This document shows, one piece after another, positions 26,760-41,757 of a stretch of 64,000 nucleotides of DNA (its first letter is position 1; the number at the start of each line of letters is the position of its first letter). The DNA is taken from contig NC_043006.1 of the NCBI RefSeq assembly GCF_006345805.1, forward strand, positions 58,838,001-58,902,000, given 5' to 3'. The notes beneath the pieces were generated by a model. The model made no database searches. It was not told the DNA's origin and saw only the letters and a program-made list of their open reading frames with translations. Source of the stretch: Octopus sinensis (taxonomy: Eukaryota). The translations under genes and the position numbers were made by a program.

Positions 26760-28291
26760 GATGAATATACAAATGAAAATCAAGTTAGGCAAATCAGTTC
26801 ACATATAAAAATACATGTATTCAACCAGTGACCCAATATGCATAAATTTTAAAAATATGTCTAATGCATCCAACATATCAAAAATATATTCATATATAAA
26901 TATAATAAAAATATATATATAGATTTATCAATACATTAAAAATATGTAAATACATAAATATATAAATGCATTAAGAATATATTGAAAATATAAATACATA
27001 TATAGATCGACTTATAGAATAAAATCGATATCCTGGAACTAGATAAAAAAAAGTTAAGAGTCCAGAAAAAAAATAGAACATGAAAGGTTTGAGTAGTAAT
27101 AATCCGACGGCCGTTTCAAATCAATCAAGCAGACCCATAAAATAAACCACCTTTAAATCGTACTCGCTTACACCATAGGTCATCCAGAACTTATAATAAT
27201 TACAAATCTCCTCTTCCTGACCAGTTCAATGTAGTCACATATTCTAAGACTAGAAAATGAGAAATCCTATGTTACGCACCACCTTTCTCTCTCCAGGTTA
27301 AATCTTTACCTAAATTATTTTTCAAAATTCTGAAATCCAATTTTCCGCAACGTCATAAATACTATTCTATTTTTAACAAATCATCTGTGAAATTATCTTA
27401 CTCTACCACTATAAACTTAGGATCCATGATAGCCTCTCTTAATAGACGTAAACTCCAACACCAGACGGCTACATACTTAAATTGTTACACAGCACCCCAT
27501 ATTAGTCCAGTCAATAACAACAACATGACCAATAATAACAGCGGAATAAGAAGGAAAACTGTAATTGTCGCTTGCAGGTTTTTGTCTGCGCAAAAACGTG
27601 ATTGGCAGTACTATAGATTTTAAGCATCTCTATCGAGCTCACTTAAATTCCTTCACTAAGAAAAATCCAAATTTTCGACCTCATTAGCAACATACATACA
27701 TAATCTTAAGTTACAAACTATACAATATACTCTAACTCATGAATTTCCTGATGCTATCTACTCTAGTAAGTATCGATTTTACTCAACTTTTATGCATTTT
27801 GATGATTCTGGATAGAGTTGAGAACTAGCTTCCACACCCATTGTAACTTATTCTAAATGCTTAAACCATACTCCCCCACCTCTTACCTTCTACCTATAGA
27901 ACCACCAGTAACTTTATTTTACCACGCATTGTATCCCCTCTTCCCACAACTCATTCTAAAACACTTCTACTTCCTGTTATGCATATAACTCTCTATATGA
28001 TCACCCAGTAGTTAACTTCTATTATGAAAACGTAGTAAATCTCCCTAGTACTTTATTTTTCCCCCGAAGAAGGAAGCGGTGTCTAATAATGGATATAAAT
28101 ATCCTTTATTTGACTGGACAACTGAACCCCAAGAAACCGCCGTCGGATTATTGACACTTAAACCTTTTATGTTTTACTTTTTCTGGACTCTTTCTATCTG
28201 CTTTTACAGTATCGTTTTTATTGGGTCTTGAGTTGAATACAATATATTATTATATGTGAATTAATTTGCCTAACTTGATTCTCATTTATAT

Positions 28292-28295
<4 letters not shown>
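26760..28295 (+). mobile_element. Decayed Naiad-type PLE 3' fragment with inverted pseudo-LTR
   Basis: 27250-27450 translates to APPFSLQVKSLPKLFFKILKSNFPQRHKYYSIFNKSSVKLSYSTTINLGSMIASLNRRK, homologous to 42230-42400; ~27058-27118 and ~26765-26826 are inverted relative to ~28133-28190 and ~28230-28292; HHR-like CCGAAGA...GAAACCGCCGTC at 28064-28144. Confidence 0.7.
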
Positions 28296-28349
<54 letters not shown>

Positions 28350-28442
28350 GATAGATAGATATACATATATATATATGCATATGCATATATATATATACAT
28401 ATACACACACACATATACACACCCACACACACACACACACAT

Positions 28443-28750
28443 ATAAATTCTATAATCATAAGCATAATTATTATTAGGGTTCAGCACAAATTGCTTCACC
28501 ACATACCGAAATTTAGAAATAGCAGTTAAATACTATTCCACTACTATAAGATATCTCCCAGACAGCAATACTCTCAACTCACGCACGCAGGTAAAGAGAA
28601 CCTCAATTGCTGAACCCTAATTATAATTATGCTTATAATTATAGAATTTTTGTATAAGGTTACCGATAATGGTTCTTTTAACATACCGAACTACTTGGTA
28701 AAATGATTAATTATTAATTGATTAACTAATTTTACCCTTTATTATTATTG
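28443..28750. repeat. Short inverted repeat (28443-28484 / 28609-28650) followed by a degenerate HHR-like motif
   Basis: ATAAATTCTATAATCATAAGCATAATTA..TTAGGGTTCAGC mirrored; CCGATAAtGG...CCGAACTACTTGGTA at ~28665-28700. Confidence 0.55.
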
Positions 28751-29344
28751 ATAATATATATATGAGATTCGAAACAGCAAGTACAGAGAACAGAAAGCGT
28801 TTGTCGACCACTGTGTTAATGCTATGGAAGGAATGTTGCCATGGAAAGTGTTCTGGTATATTTCAGCAAGGCCAGCAATGGAGCATGTCTTAGAATTAGT
28901 GAATATTTGCTAATCTTGGTTTGGAATATATTATACTGTGATAATGTCTATTTAAAGTAGAGAATATATTTGAACAGGAAGTAAGATATTAATATCAGAA
29001 AGTTAAACACATATTGAAACAGACATACGTATGCATGTACGTTCATATACATCTTACATATATACAAATGTACTTACAAGCATACATATGCATATATAAA
29101 CACACATACATATACATACGTGCATAAGTACATAAAGGCAGAGAGACAGACACATTCACAGATTGAAAGGTAGATACATTGGTACAGTGTCAAAATCAGA
29201 AGCATATATATAATATATATAAAACATATATATATATATATATAAAACATAATATATATATAAAATATATATATATATATATATATAATATAAAATATAT
29301 ATATATATATATAAAACAATATATATATATATATATAAAACATA

Positions 29345-29382
<38 letters not shown>

Positions 29383-30524
29383 AAACAATATATATATATA
29401 TATATAAAACATATATATATATATATATAAAACAACATATATATATATATAAAAATTATATATATATATATAGTATATATAACTACATAATATATATACA
29501 TATATCATTATATATATATATACATATATATATACATATATATACATATATATATACATATAATATACATATATATATACATATATGGTATGTATGCAGG
29601 TACTGTGTGTGTGTATTGCTAATAATATAATCTAATGCTATGTATGTACATATACGCATATATCTATATGTGAAGAAAGAGATAAAGAGATACATAGTGT
29701 GAGAGAGACAGAGGGGGAGAGAAGGAGAGAAAGAATTTGTGAGAGCAAAACCAAAATTTGCAATGAAAGAATATTTCAAGAATTTCTTTTCTTTTATGGA
29801 ACTTTTCTAATTTTGGTTCATTTGCAAAACGCCGGCATCGCGCAATTAGGAATCATTATTATCAAAGTCTTACACACACACACACAGTTAATAGACGCAT
29901 AGACCAGGCCACATTTATCATCCCCCTGCACACACAGGCACCTAAACACTCCGAAACACACACACACACACGTATATTTATATGGATCCTCCGTCGAAAA
30001 TCGACAATGAGTATTCCAAGCGTTCGATCAACTGAATTTACCGATGCACAGAATTATTATGTAAGTGGATGAGTATACGAAAACCGCTTGTGATCTGTAT
30101 TTAATCTTCATGTAGAATGAGCGTAATATAAGACGTGGCAAGGTTGAACCTTTGAATTAGATGAAGAGACGATCAAGACATTTGGCCAAGATGTACCGCA
30201 GGAGGATTGAACTTGAGATCTCATGACTCTTGTTCAAACTTTTTAACAGTTTGGAACGTGACCGAGTACACACACGTATACACCCACTCACACACATATA
30301 CGCGCACACACATATGCACCTGTCCATCCATCCATCCATCCATCTGCCCATCCATCTATCCATCCATCTATCCATCCATCCATCCATCCATCCATCCATC
30401 CATCCATCAGTACATACAGACATACATACGCTCACGTACACACACACACACACACACACACGCTCATGTACATACGCACGAACACATATGCACACATCCA
30501 TCCATCTAAATGGTTTCTAAGATG

Positions 30525-31785
30525 TCATGTTGGCAAGAAAGTAATTTCGTTTTTCGCAAATAGAGTTAAGATTTATTTGAATGACTTTCGCCAATGTTAT
30601 GATTTTTTGTTTTTTTGATATTTTGATAGCCGTTACTTATAGCTTCCTTTGCGCATAGTTTTGTCTACAGCTGTTAGTTCAGTGTCAATTTTAACAAGAA
30701 GTGCAAAAACGAACATTTTCGCAATATTTTGCTTTTTCATTTCTATAAAGGCAAAATATATGTTGAGGCTCACAAAGAGATATTTGAAATTTACGGTTTT
30801 GATTGCACATGTTAGAAATGGTTAAAAAAATTCTGTTCTGGGGATTTTTCACTCAAAGATGACCAACGACTGGTCGACCCTCTGAAGTTGATGATGACCG
30901 CATATAATCCATATTTGTATCTGATTGTCATATATCTGTGCGAGAGATTGCAAAGAGGTTAAATGCATCACACACAACAAATGAAAACCACTTAAAATGT
31001 CTTGGGCTCGTTAAGAAGCTCGATATTTGGGTTCAACATAAATTGAAAACGATTCACTTAACACAACGATTCAATATTTGCGATATGCATCTCAAACGCA
31101 ATGAAATCGACCTTTTTTTTAAACTAATCGTCACTGGTGATGAAAAATGGATTGCCTACAATAACATCAATCGAAAATGACCATAGTCCAAGCGTAATGA
31201 ACCAGCACAAGCTACATCGAAAGCTGAATTGCATAAAAAAAGGTCATACTGCTAATGTGGCGTGATTATAAAGCTGTTGTGTATTTTGAAATACTCCCCA
31301 AGAACCAAACGATCGATTCAGGTGTTTACTGTCAATGAGCAATGAAACTGTTGGAAGCAATCAAAGAAAAACGGCCAGAATTGGCAAATCGTAAAGGAAT
31401 CGAGTTCCACCATGACAACGCTGGACCACACACGTCTTTGCTAACTCGTGAAAAATTATTGGAACTTGGTTGGGAAGTGATGTCACATTCACCATATAGC
31501 CATAACTTCGTACCATCAGATTGCCATTTATTTCGAAGTTAGCAAAATTTGAATGGTAAAATTCTATGAAAGGTAAAATACTTTGAATGCAAAATTCTTT
31601 GAATGGTAAAACTTTCAATGATGATGATGACCTGAAATCGCACTTGCTTTAGTTTTTGGCTGATAAGGACCAGAAGTTCTGAGCGCGGAATCATGAATTT
31701 GCCAGAATAATGGCAAAAGTTCATCGAACATGATGAAAAATATATAATTGATTAAAGTCCCTTCTTTGTATGAAAACAAAATTAC
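30525..31785 (+). mobile_element. Decayed mariner transposon (D,D34D transposase pseudogene)
   Basis: IVTGDEKWI, HHDNAGPH and HSPYSHNFVPSDCHLF motifs with stops and frameshifts; TIR-like TGTTGGCAAGAAAGTAATTTCGTTTT on the left, partial AAAACAAAATTAC on the right. Confidence 0.9.
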
Positions 31786-31789
31786 ATGG

Positions 31790-32172
31790 CAGCTTGGGCA
31801 GGTCTCTTCTATTACAGCCTCGAGTCAATCAGAGCTTTGTGTGTGTTTGGTACACGGAAACTGAAAGAAGCCGTCATATGTATGTATGTATGTATGCATG
31901 TATGTATATATGAGTGTGCGTGCGTGCGCGCGTGTGTGTACGCATGCGCGGCTTTCTGCCTGTGTTTTTCCCCATCACCACTTTCCAACAGGTTTTGGTG
32001 TGTTTACGTCCCCGTAATTTAGCAGTTCGGCAAAAGAGTTTGATATGATAAGTATCGGGTTTAAAAGAAAATTAGTACTGAGGTGGATTCATTCAACAAA
32101 AAATATTCAAGGCGGTGCCCCAGTATGGCCACAGTCTATTGACTGGAAACAAGTAAAGATAAAAATAAAAAG
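31790..32172 (+). mobile_element. Diverged, 5'-truncated SINE family A
   Basis: GGAAACTGAAAGAAGCC block and tail GGCGGTGCCCCAGTATGGCCACAGTCTATTGACTG. Confidence 0.75.
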
Positions 32173-32191
32173 ATATAATGTATTATATATA

Positions 32192-32223
<32 letters not shown>

Positions 32224-32837
32224 CTATATATATCTATATATATAATATATATATATATATCTCGTATATATATATATATATATATTATAATATATATATT
32301 TATATGTATATGTATATATATATAGTGTATATATATATACATATATATATCTATACATATATATATATGTATGTATATATATTATACATATATATATATA
32401 TATACATATATATATGTATGTATATATATATACATATACATATATATACATATATTATGTATGTATAATTATACACATTCATATACATATATATACATAT
32501 ATATATGTATATATATATATACACATACATTATATACATACATATACATACATACATACATACATACATATACATACATACATACATATACATACATATA
32601 CATATCCATATATATATATATATATTATATATATATATATATATGCATACACACATCCATACACTCATGTACAACTACAGTCGCTGGTGCAGAGTTCTTT
32701 GAAATTGTGTTCTTTGAGCTTTGATTCAGGAATATTCAAATACATACGTTCGTACATACATGCATGCATACATGCATGCATACATACATACACACATATA
32801 TACATACATACATATACACATACACACACACACACAT

Positions 32838-32882
<45 letters not shown>

Positions 32883-33296
32883 TATATATATACATATATT
32901 CAATCATACATTCATGCATACATACATACATACATACATACATACATACATACACACATACATACATACGTTATACATGCACACGCGTGCGCTGACACAT
33001 ACTTATGTTCTAGACCCATTCCTATGTTTACTTTACAATTTTGTGCTGTATTACATTTTATTCTATGATATATTTTATAATAGTGCCTCACATTTTTTAT
33101 ACCTTGTGTTAATTAAAGAAATCATCATCATCATCCTGATCATCATCATCATCATTATCTTCATCATTATCATCATCAACGCCACTAATCGTCTTATAGC
33201 CCGTAATATCATTAGCACTAGAAATAAAATTTACTCATAGGAAAACAAAAACTATGGAAAATTTGAATCTTAAATTCCAGTAACAACACCAGCAAC

Positions 33297-33516
33297 AATA
33301 GCAATAATAATAATAATAATAATGATAATAATAATAATGATGATGATACTAATACTAATAATAATAATAATAATGATAATAATAATAATAATAATAATAA
33401 TGATAATAATAATAATAATAATAATGATAATAATAATAATAATGATAATAATAATGATAATAATAATAATGATAATAATAATGATAATAATAATGATGAT
33501 GATAATAATGATGATG

Positions 33517-33577
<61 letters not shown>

Positions 33578-33580
33578 TAA
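33297..33580. repeat. (ATA)n/(ATG)n trinucleotide array
   Basis: Direct reading. Confidence 0.95.
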
Positions 33581-33581
33581 T

Positions 33582-34200
33582 TTGAATATGTGGCATCAGA
33601 AATGAAGCAGCGTTAAATATCGGGAGTGTAACAAATTAGCGCAAAATGAATACAAAAGAAAGAATGATAACGTAACTTGGTATGTTCATTGGAAATTGTG
33701 TAAGAAGTACAGTCTTGAAAGAACATTGAAATGGTACGAGTATGTGCCAGAAGGCGTCACCAAGTATAATGAACTTAAGATCTTGTGGGATTTTACAATC
33801 CAATGTGATTTAGCGATTGATGCTCGGAGATTGTAGTTAATAAAATGAGGAAGTAAAGCAAGATCATTGGGGATGTACGAGTAGATAATAAAGAAGTGGA
33901 AAAGATTTAGAAGTATAAGATGGAGTTGTATGAATGTAGGCAATTAAGAAAGCAACTGTCATCCCAGTAGTTGTGGAGGATTTGGGAGTATTAACAACCA
34001 GGTTTGGTAAATTAGTTGGAGAAAATTTGGTAGAACTTGCTCAGAAAACTGCTTTATTGGGAACAGCAAGGAATTTGAGACTGGCTCTTGGATGTTAAGT
34101 ATCGTGTTTAAAGACCCTGATATACCCTTGACAATATGTTGCGGCTCGCTCTTATAGAGTTAGCCGGAGCAAGTGAAATCGAGAGCTTTGAGAACTGAAC
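33582..34200 (+). mobile_element. 5'-truncated RLE-type LINE (R4/Dong-like) between (TAA)n tracts
   Basis: ECNKLAQNEYKR..DNV.WYVHWKLCKKY...KWYEYVPEGV...KILWDFTIQCD...IPVVVGGFG...QKTALLGTA; an older related fragment is likely at ~24570-24840. Confidence 0.8.
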
Positions 34201-34245
34201 ATTACAACAACAACACTACTACCACCTCCAATAATAATAATAATG

Positions 34246-34298
<53 letters not shown>

Positions 34299-34303
34299 AA
34301 TAA

Positions 34304-34857
34304 TGCCCTGATGCAGTACCAGGCAGTGGCTCTCATGGCTTCTGATCTTAACTGATTGGAAGTGTTATCATGAACATTGTTTTGTCTTGGTATAAAAGAT
34401 GGGCTACAGCAAATATTCTGCTCAATACCACAGATTTGCTTGTCAGTTGTTTGACCTTAACCAGTTGAGCATGTCCCTTAGTGGCTGACGATATGTGCAT
34501 CTCTGATCACGAGCAGAAGTAGTGGGGGAGCATCATAGCCATGTGTTGAGAGGGATTCTTTGGGGTTTGAATAGTTCACCTCTGGAAACATGGGTGGTTC
34601 TTTCAACATCCTTAAACAACCCTTATTCAGGGACCGTTTGAGCAGGATGGGCTACTCAAAAAAAGAAAATTCTAACTGGGCCCCACCTGCAAGGTCATGT
34701 GCTGTTTATCTTGATATGAGATCACCATGTCGCGCACATATGGTTGTGATGCATGTGCCTGGTGTACCTTTATCAGACGGGTAGTCATGATGGGTATATT
34801 GGGCTTCGTATATTTTACCCCAGTGTCACTTTGATGGCATGAACTGCTCTCTCACTC

Positions 34858-34858
<1 letters not shown>
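34304..34858. mobile_element. ~555-bp non-coding insertion flanked by (AAT)n on both sides
   Basis: Sharp boundaries within AAT arrays; no convincing ORF. Confidence 0.55.
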
Positions 34859-34927
<69 letters not shown>

Positions 34928-35689
34928 GAAGTGGAGATATAAGAGCAAGAACGTTGATGATAATAATCTTAATCTTAATAATAATAATATCCATGTTAAT
35001 GTTAATAATAATATCCATATTATTGTTATTATGGGTTCAAATTTCCAGAAAACGAAAGACGAAAACAAGTGAAGGAACAAGTAGGTGTATTAGTTTGCCA
35101 TTCGGGAAGAATAGAAAAGTTTTTGAGGTTTCGAGCCTACACTTTTCAGCAGAAAGAGATGAGAGGAAAAATGAAAAAGGAGAGAGAATGAAAAAACAAA
35201 AAAAAAAAAACGGAGTGAGGAAAAGTGTGTAGGGATTACCGGTTCAACATGATGAAATGACCGGAAGAAAGAGGTTGAGTCAAAGGGCGATAATAACAGT
35301 GACCCAGCTGAACTAGGGTGCGCAAGTGCGTGTATCTATGAAAGAATGGTGTGTGTGTGAATGGGGTGAGCGTGTGTGAATGTATGTGAGGGTGTGCTTA
35401 AAAGTATGAGCTTGTGTGTACGTATGAGACCATGTGTGTGTATGGGAGCATGTGAATGTATGTTGTATAAGTAACCCAGTGTGTGAATGGTGTGGAGTGA
35501 TGGGTGTTTTGTGTATTTACGTATGTGCGCGGATGAACGTGTGTATATGTGCGTGAAGATGTGTATAGTATGTGTGTGAGGTTATCGTGTGTGTGTGTGT
35601 ATGTGTGTGTGTGAAATCCTATAGAATGCGAGTATATGTTTATGTACAAATGTTGTATGTGTTTATGCGTGTTGTTACTGTTATTTCAG

Positions 35690-35778
35690 AAAATTGAACT
35701 CAGAATGTAAAGACGGACGAAATACTGCTGAGCATTTTGTCCGGCGTGCTGATTATTCTGCTAGTTTGCCGCCTTAAT

Positions 35779-35844
<66 letters not shown>

Positions 35845-36051
35845 TCTACTAAAGGCACAAGGCCTGAAATTTTTAGGGAGGGGAGTAGTCGATTACATGG
35901 ATCCCTGTGTTTTATTGGTACTTATTTTATCCACCCCGAAATGATGAAAGGCAAAGTTGACCTCGGCGGAATTTGAACTCAGACCGTAGCGACGGGCGAA
36001 ATACCGCAAAGTATTTTGTCCAGCGTGCTAAAAATTCTGCCAGCTTGCCGC
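35690..36051 (-). mobile_element. Two SINE family B copies (35690-35775 partial; 35842-36051) separated by (AAT)n
   Basis: GATGAAAGGCAAAGTTGACCTCGGCGGAATTTGAACTCAGA...TTCTGCCAGCTTGCCGC. Confidence 0.8.
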
Positions 36052-36501
36052 TTTCATAATAATAATAAAAATGATAATAACAATAACGGTGATAGTAATG
36101 ATAATTATGAGGATGATACCGATGATGATTTAATAATAATAATAATATAATAATAATAATAATAATATAATAATAATAATAATAATAATAATTGGTTATC
36201 TTGTTTAGTAATTCTCTGACGTCATTACTTAGTAATCTTGGAGTTGGCAGCAATGAAAGAAAGTATAAATTGTGTGATTGTGCAATTCTATTATCAATTG
36301 TTCACAGCTGTTAAGTTTCGGAGTCGATATTAATATATAGATGCGAAAAGTGAGTTTCTACTGAGGTATATAATATCTGCTATGTTTGTTTTCATTGTTC
36401 TAATCCGGATATTTGCAATGAAGCTTATAAAGAATATGTTAAAATCCTTACTATAGGTTCTTAGACACGATGCTTTTAACACCAGAACATTGTTAATAAT
36501 A

Positions 36502-36534
<33 letters not shown>

Positions 36535-36786
36535 TGAATTCCAGCTGATAAAGACATTTGTTCACACAGAATTATTGAAGCAGAATTGGGCGCATTTTTT
36601 TGTGTCAAGTTTTCTTCCTAAGAACAGTTACTTGTTTTAAAACAGCTTAACATGTCAACTGAATGGTTGTGTACACTAAGAATTCGATCCACTTAAAGCA
36701 AATTAACAGATTAGACAAAAACTACAGGAAATCATGCCGAAATCATTTCCTTTGGAGTCAACAATATTTCGGCTTTAAAGTATGTT

Positions 36787-36821
<35 letters not shown>

Positions 36822-36846
36822 TACTACTACTACTACTACTACTACT

Positions 36847-36883
<37 letters not shown>

Positions 36884-37134
36884 CTACTACTACTACTACT
36901 ACTAGTAGTGTTGTGTCTGCTGCTAGTTTCATTTCAGCTAAATTCACTTTATATAAATGGACCACTAATGGAATCTAGTGTTATCAGAGCGTTGTATGTA
37001 TATATGGATGTATACATGTATGTAAGCATGTATGTATGAATGTATGTATACATGTATGTCTGTCTCTATATATCTCTGTCTGTCTGCATGTATGCCTATA
37101 TCTATGTATGTATGCATGTATGTATATATGCAAG

Positions 37135-37169
<35 letters not shown>

Positions 37170-37210
37170 ATATCTATCTATCTATCTATCTACGCATACG
37201 CATGCATTCC

Positions 37211-37310
37211 NNNNNNNNNNNNNNNNNNNNNNNNNNNNNNNNNNNNNNNNNNNNNNNNNNNNNNNNNNNNNNNNNNNNNNNNNNNNNNNNNNNNNNNNNN
37301 NNNNNNNNNN
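37211..37310. other. Assembly gap (100 N)
   Basis: Run of N. Confidence 1.
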
Positions 37311-38039
37311 TCCGAAGTTAGAATATAGATATATCAACAATACCAGGATGAGTAGCTTCTTCTGCACCAGGGCTAACTACTTTACATCCCAGGGGTCAAA
37401 TAGGATATCTGTACGTGGTCGTTTGACTTGATAGAAATAGTCGATATAACTCATCAAATAATATTCTTCTGTCTTGAAGAAGGAGGGAAACATTGGACTA
37501 TGTCGTTCTAAATATTCAATACCAGAATGACGGATGAATTACTTACTTGCTTGTGACGGCGTTCACCCAGGTCAGGTTGAGCCGGCTTCTTCTCTGATCC
37601 TAACAGCATTACGAGCCATGGCGGCCCACGCTCGACAGTCCCGTGCGAGGTCATGGAGATAGCGAGCCATTCGCGGTTCCATCTGCGCAGACCGACCATC
37701 TGCTGACCTGAGAGTTCGGAGAGGTCCTCCTTTATCGTCGTTGCCCAGGTCTTCAGCTACTGCTCGTGCGTTTGCGCGCCAGCTGGGAAGTGGAGGTGGA
37801 AGGAGGACATCGCGAATCAGCTCACCCTTGGACTCCGGGCCGCATGACCGAACCACCTTAAGCGCCGTTGTAGAAGCACCGAAATGACGGATGAAGGGTC
37901 ACAGATGGAAAGCTTTTGATTATAGTTTTGCTCAAAAATGGTTGACCGGGGTTTACAGAACTACATCCCTCTTACATTTTTTCCTAGAAGAATCTGCATC
38001 CTCTGTCTAGAAACAGGAGCTATTTACTACACTTAGTGT

Positions 38040-38460
38040 AAAGAAGAAATAAGGATGTCTCTAAACCACCTGTGTTGCATAGATATCACCCACATCACCA
38101 GCAGTTGTCCGAAAATGTCCACAACAAAATTACTTCCAGATGGTCACTGAAAATGTAGATATTATCTGTAGGAAAGATTGTCCTAACGGTTATACAAAAA
38201 GGTACATCAGAATTAAATTATATCTACACATTCATAGAAGGAATACTGGTAGGCCATGCTTAGAACCCCTCACCCCGCAAAAAACAGAAGTCTGGTGCAC
38301 ACAATAGGTGTGATATTGTTCTATGAGACACAGAACAAAAAGCAAAGGCTATTGTGATCAACTGCTTTGCAGATGTGATGTTTTGTTTAAAGTGGCTGGG
38401 GAAAGAGAACATTTATTGCGAACAAATGCAAAACTAACAACCGTAATATTCTGGCGATAG
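38040..38460 (+). pseudogene. Decayed RLE LINE zinc-knuckle region
   Basis: GATATCACCCACATCACCAGCAGTTGTCCGAAAATGTCC = DITHITSSCPKMS (H...C half of a CCHC knuckle). Confidence 0.45.
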
Positions 38461-38574
38461 ATTCTCCTCTACATCTTAAATACATGTAAATGAGAATAAT
38501 ACATGAAAGAGGTGTTTTGGATTGCATAGAAGACTAGATATGCTGGGATTTTCCACGAGGAACACACAAGCTCA

Positions 38575-38632
<58 letters not shown>

Positions 38633-39005
38633 TAAACAAGCTTGTGTCATCCAAATTCAATCCATTAATGGTATACAGGATATTAATGACATATACCAAA
38701 GATTCTCCGTTTGAATCTTGTAGAAGGAGCATATACACATCGCTACCTTCATGCAAACGGCATGCACACATATATGCATTTATACATGTATGAATACATG
38801 CATACATGCATAGATATATACAAAGTAAACAAGCATTCGTCTGATAAAGATACACATCTGCATACACTACATGATTTCATTTACGTTCCAACAAATATAA
38901 ATATCGACAAAATAACGACTATCTCACACACACACACACACATAAACACACACACACTCATATACACAAACACCCACACACGTATATATATAAACGCGTA
39001 CGTAT

Positions 39006-39036
<31 letters not shown>

Positions 39037-39513
39037 ATATAGTATATTATATATACACATATATATATACATATATAAATTTATATCTTGAGTGACAACA
39101 ACGTTCAAGATATACAACGGACTGGAAATAGAAGTGCTCTCATGAGCTGTGTAGACTTTTTAATCAAAGGGGAGGCAATGCAAGCAACAACCACAGGAGC
39201 ATCAGAAAATCCACAGAATGACCAAACACATACAAATCTTCATATACTCATTTATATCTATAAAGCCCGACAATTAAAAATAAAAAAATTTAGTAATATA
39301 TAAATATATCATATAAAAATATAAATTTTGCATATAACACCTTGAATTTACGCTTAAAACATTTAGTATAAATTTGTTATAATAAGAGAAATAAATATAA
39401 TAATAATAAATAAAAATAGAGCATACAAGGCATATTAAAAGACGAATTAAAATTCTAGAGAAATGTACATAGAAGATAATAATTATACAAGTTTACAAAG
39501 ATACACAGAAGTC

Positions 39514-39598
39514 CATCTACGGGCCGTTTCGGAGACGCGCCAATTAATATTATTATACATATCATATACTTAAAATTGGCACTCCCCTCATCAGGATG
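39514..39598 (-). ncRNA. Canonical type I hammerhead ribozyme with extended stem II
   Basis: Minus strand CATC-CTGATGA-GGGGAGTGCCAATT...AATTGGCGCGTCTCC-GAAA-CGGCCCG-TA-GATG. Confidence 0.85.
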
Positions 39599-40245
39599 TC
39601 CTATACATACAACACATAGTAAACGTAAACAAATATACAATCACATACCGGCCATATTCAGAACCGTGTCATTAGGTACTCCCAGAAATTATTATCCGAT
39701 CCTGAATGCTACATTATACGCATATAATTCGACCCAGCAGCCATTGTAAATGGTATGCACGCAGCGTCATCTGGACCATTTCACTTCTGCACTTATTTTA
39801 TTTTATTTTATTTCAATCTTTTAAATTCCCACATACATGCAAAGCCACATATTCGGGTTCAAGTCCTTGACACATTTTATACTAATAGCTATTTTTTCTT
39901 TTAATAATTTTTTCTTTTAATAATTACATTACTTTAGTTTTCTTTCATTTACTACTTACTATGCTTACTAAATTTAATTCAATTGTTATTGCTGAGCTCT
40001 AACTTTTATTGCTATTTCTATTTCTAAATTTCTTATGGATCGTCGAGTGGATCCTATGCGTACACGCTGGTATTGCATCAGTGAATTTATTTAACACTGC
40101 GTTGTTGTAATTTTTCAATATGGTGATTTGTATGTGTTTGGTCATTCTTTGGATTTTCTGATGTTCCTGTGGTTGTTGCTCGTATTGCCTCCCCTCGGAT
40201 AAAAAAATGTATACAGCTCATTAGAGCACTTCTATTTCCAGTCCG

Positions 40246-41757
40246 TTGTATATCTTGAGCGTTGTTGTCACTCAAGATATAAATTTATATTTTGTAATTA
40301 ATTCGACTCTTTGGAGCACTACAATACAGATGGATATAATGGAGAAGCAATACTTGGGCATTACTACCAGGAATATTCCTATTCCATCGAAGAATTTATA
40401 CATGGAAACTCTCCTGCATAAGACCAGCGAGTTTATATCTAGACTTAGGTGGCGTGCCTTCTATTTTGATAAGTCCAGAAACTTGAAGATGAAGGACGAA
40501 TCCATGAGGACCAGCATTACCAACCAAACTGAGGATTCGAAATCCTATAATTTAAAGTCCTATAAAAACGCACCACCAAATCCCGACTTAGCGAAATTTG
40601 AAAATGACCTAATATATATGATTAATAACCTTAAATACTCCAGATATTCGAATGCTTTCCAAAACCAATTACAATGTACAATTGCTAAACTGAAGGAGGA
40701 TCCCAATCTACACATTCTTTCTGATAAAACAGGGAATATTTATTCAGTGCCTTATGAAACTTATGATAAAGTGATATCCAAAGAGCTGCACGCTAAATAC
40801 AAAATCGCCAAGAAATCAGCTCTTACCGACATCAACAATAGACACTTCGACTTAATTTCTGAATTAGGAATCCTTGACCGCACGCAACCTTATGATCCTA
40901 AGACCCCGCACTGCACCCTAAAGGACCATAAAAAAGATTTTCTTGCCAAACCATCAATACGACTAATTTGCCCTACTAAATCTGACTTGGTAGAATCAGC
41001 AAATCCATATTGGATAGAATCGTTCCGGTGATAAGAGAAAGGACGATGTTGCCCTCATGGGAATCTACCAATGATATTTTATATTGGTTTCACACAATTA
41101 AATGTGATGACTCATCTTCATTTGTACAATTTGATATTTCGAATTACTACTACTCGATCTCTCCCATCTTACTGAATAAAGCAATCATTTTCGCCCGGAA
41201 CTTTGTTGAAATATCGAATCTAGATGTTGATATTATTTAAGCAGCATGAATGACTCTGATAAATTATGGAAAGCACAACTAGTCTAAATCGGATTCTTTT
41301 AATTTATTCGACATCACTATGGGATCTTCGGACTCGGCTCAAGTAACGGATATTGTTGGTCTATTTCTGTTAGACAAGATTAAGCGGTTTTTCCCACCTC
41401 TATCCGGAGATTGAAAGAATGAAGAAGGATCTTAGAGAATTTCTCAAGGACTTTTATAATTTGAGCATCGTTTTTGAGAATAATCCTAAAGTGGCAAATT
41501 TCTTGGATGTCACTCTCGATCTGAACACTAGCTTACACTACCCTTTCCGAAAACCAAACCAAACTTTCCAATATATCAATGTTTCCTCAAATCATCCCAA
41601 ATCAACCATTAATAGCATTGTAACTGCAATTTCTACCAGAATCTCAAACCTATCGGCGAATGAAAACATCTTTAATCAACATGCCCCAATATACAACAAT
41701 GCCTTAAAATTGAGTGGGTTTACAAATAACATTGAATACATACACAATACAAAATAA
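40246..41757 (+). pseudogene. Naiad-type PLE reverse transcriptase, broken
   Basis: Three ORF fragments (40246-41031, 41010-41240, 41419-41757); in-frame stops near 41240; catalytic YxDD segment appears deleted near 41405. Confidence 0.8.

Noticed and set aside
37555-37890. GC-rich island with a 94-aa minus-strand ORF
   Set aside because: Probably a LINE fragment, but no motif I can name and no splice signals supporting a host exon
41235-41252. In-frame TGA in the Naiad-type RT as possible selenocysteine recoding
   Set aside because: It is next to a TAA, not at an evident Cys position, and the copy has frameshifts and a catalytic-motif deletion; decay is the simpler explanation
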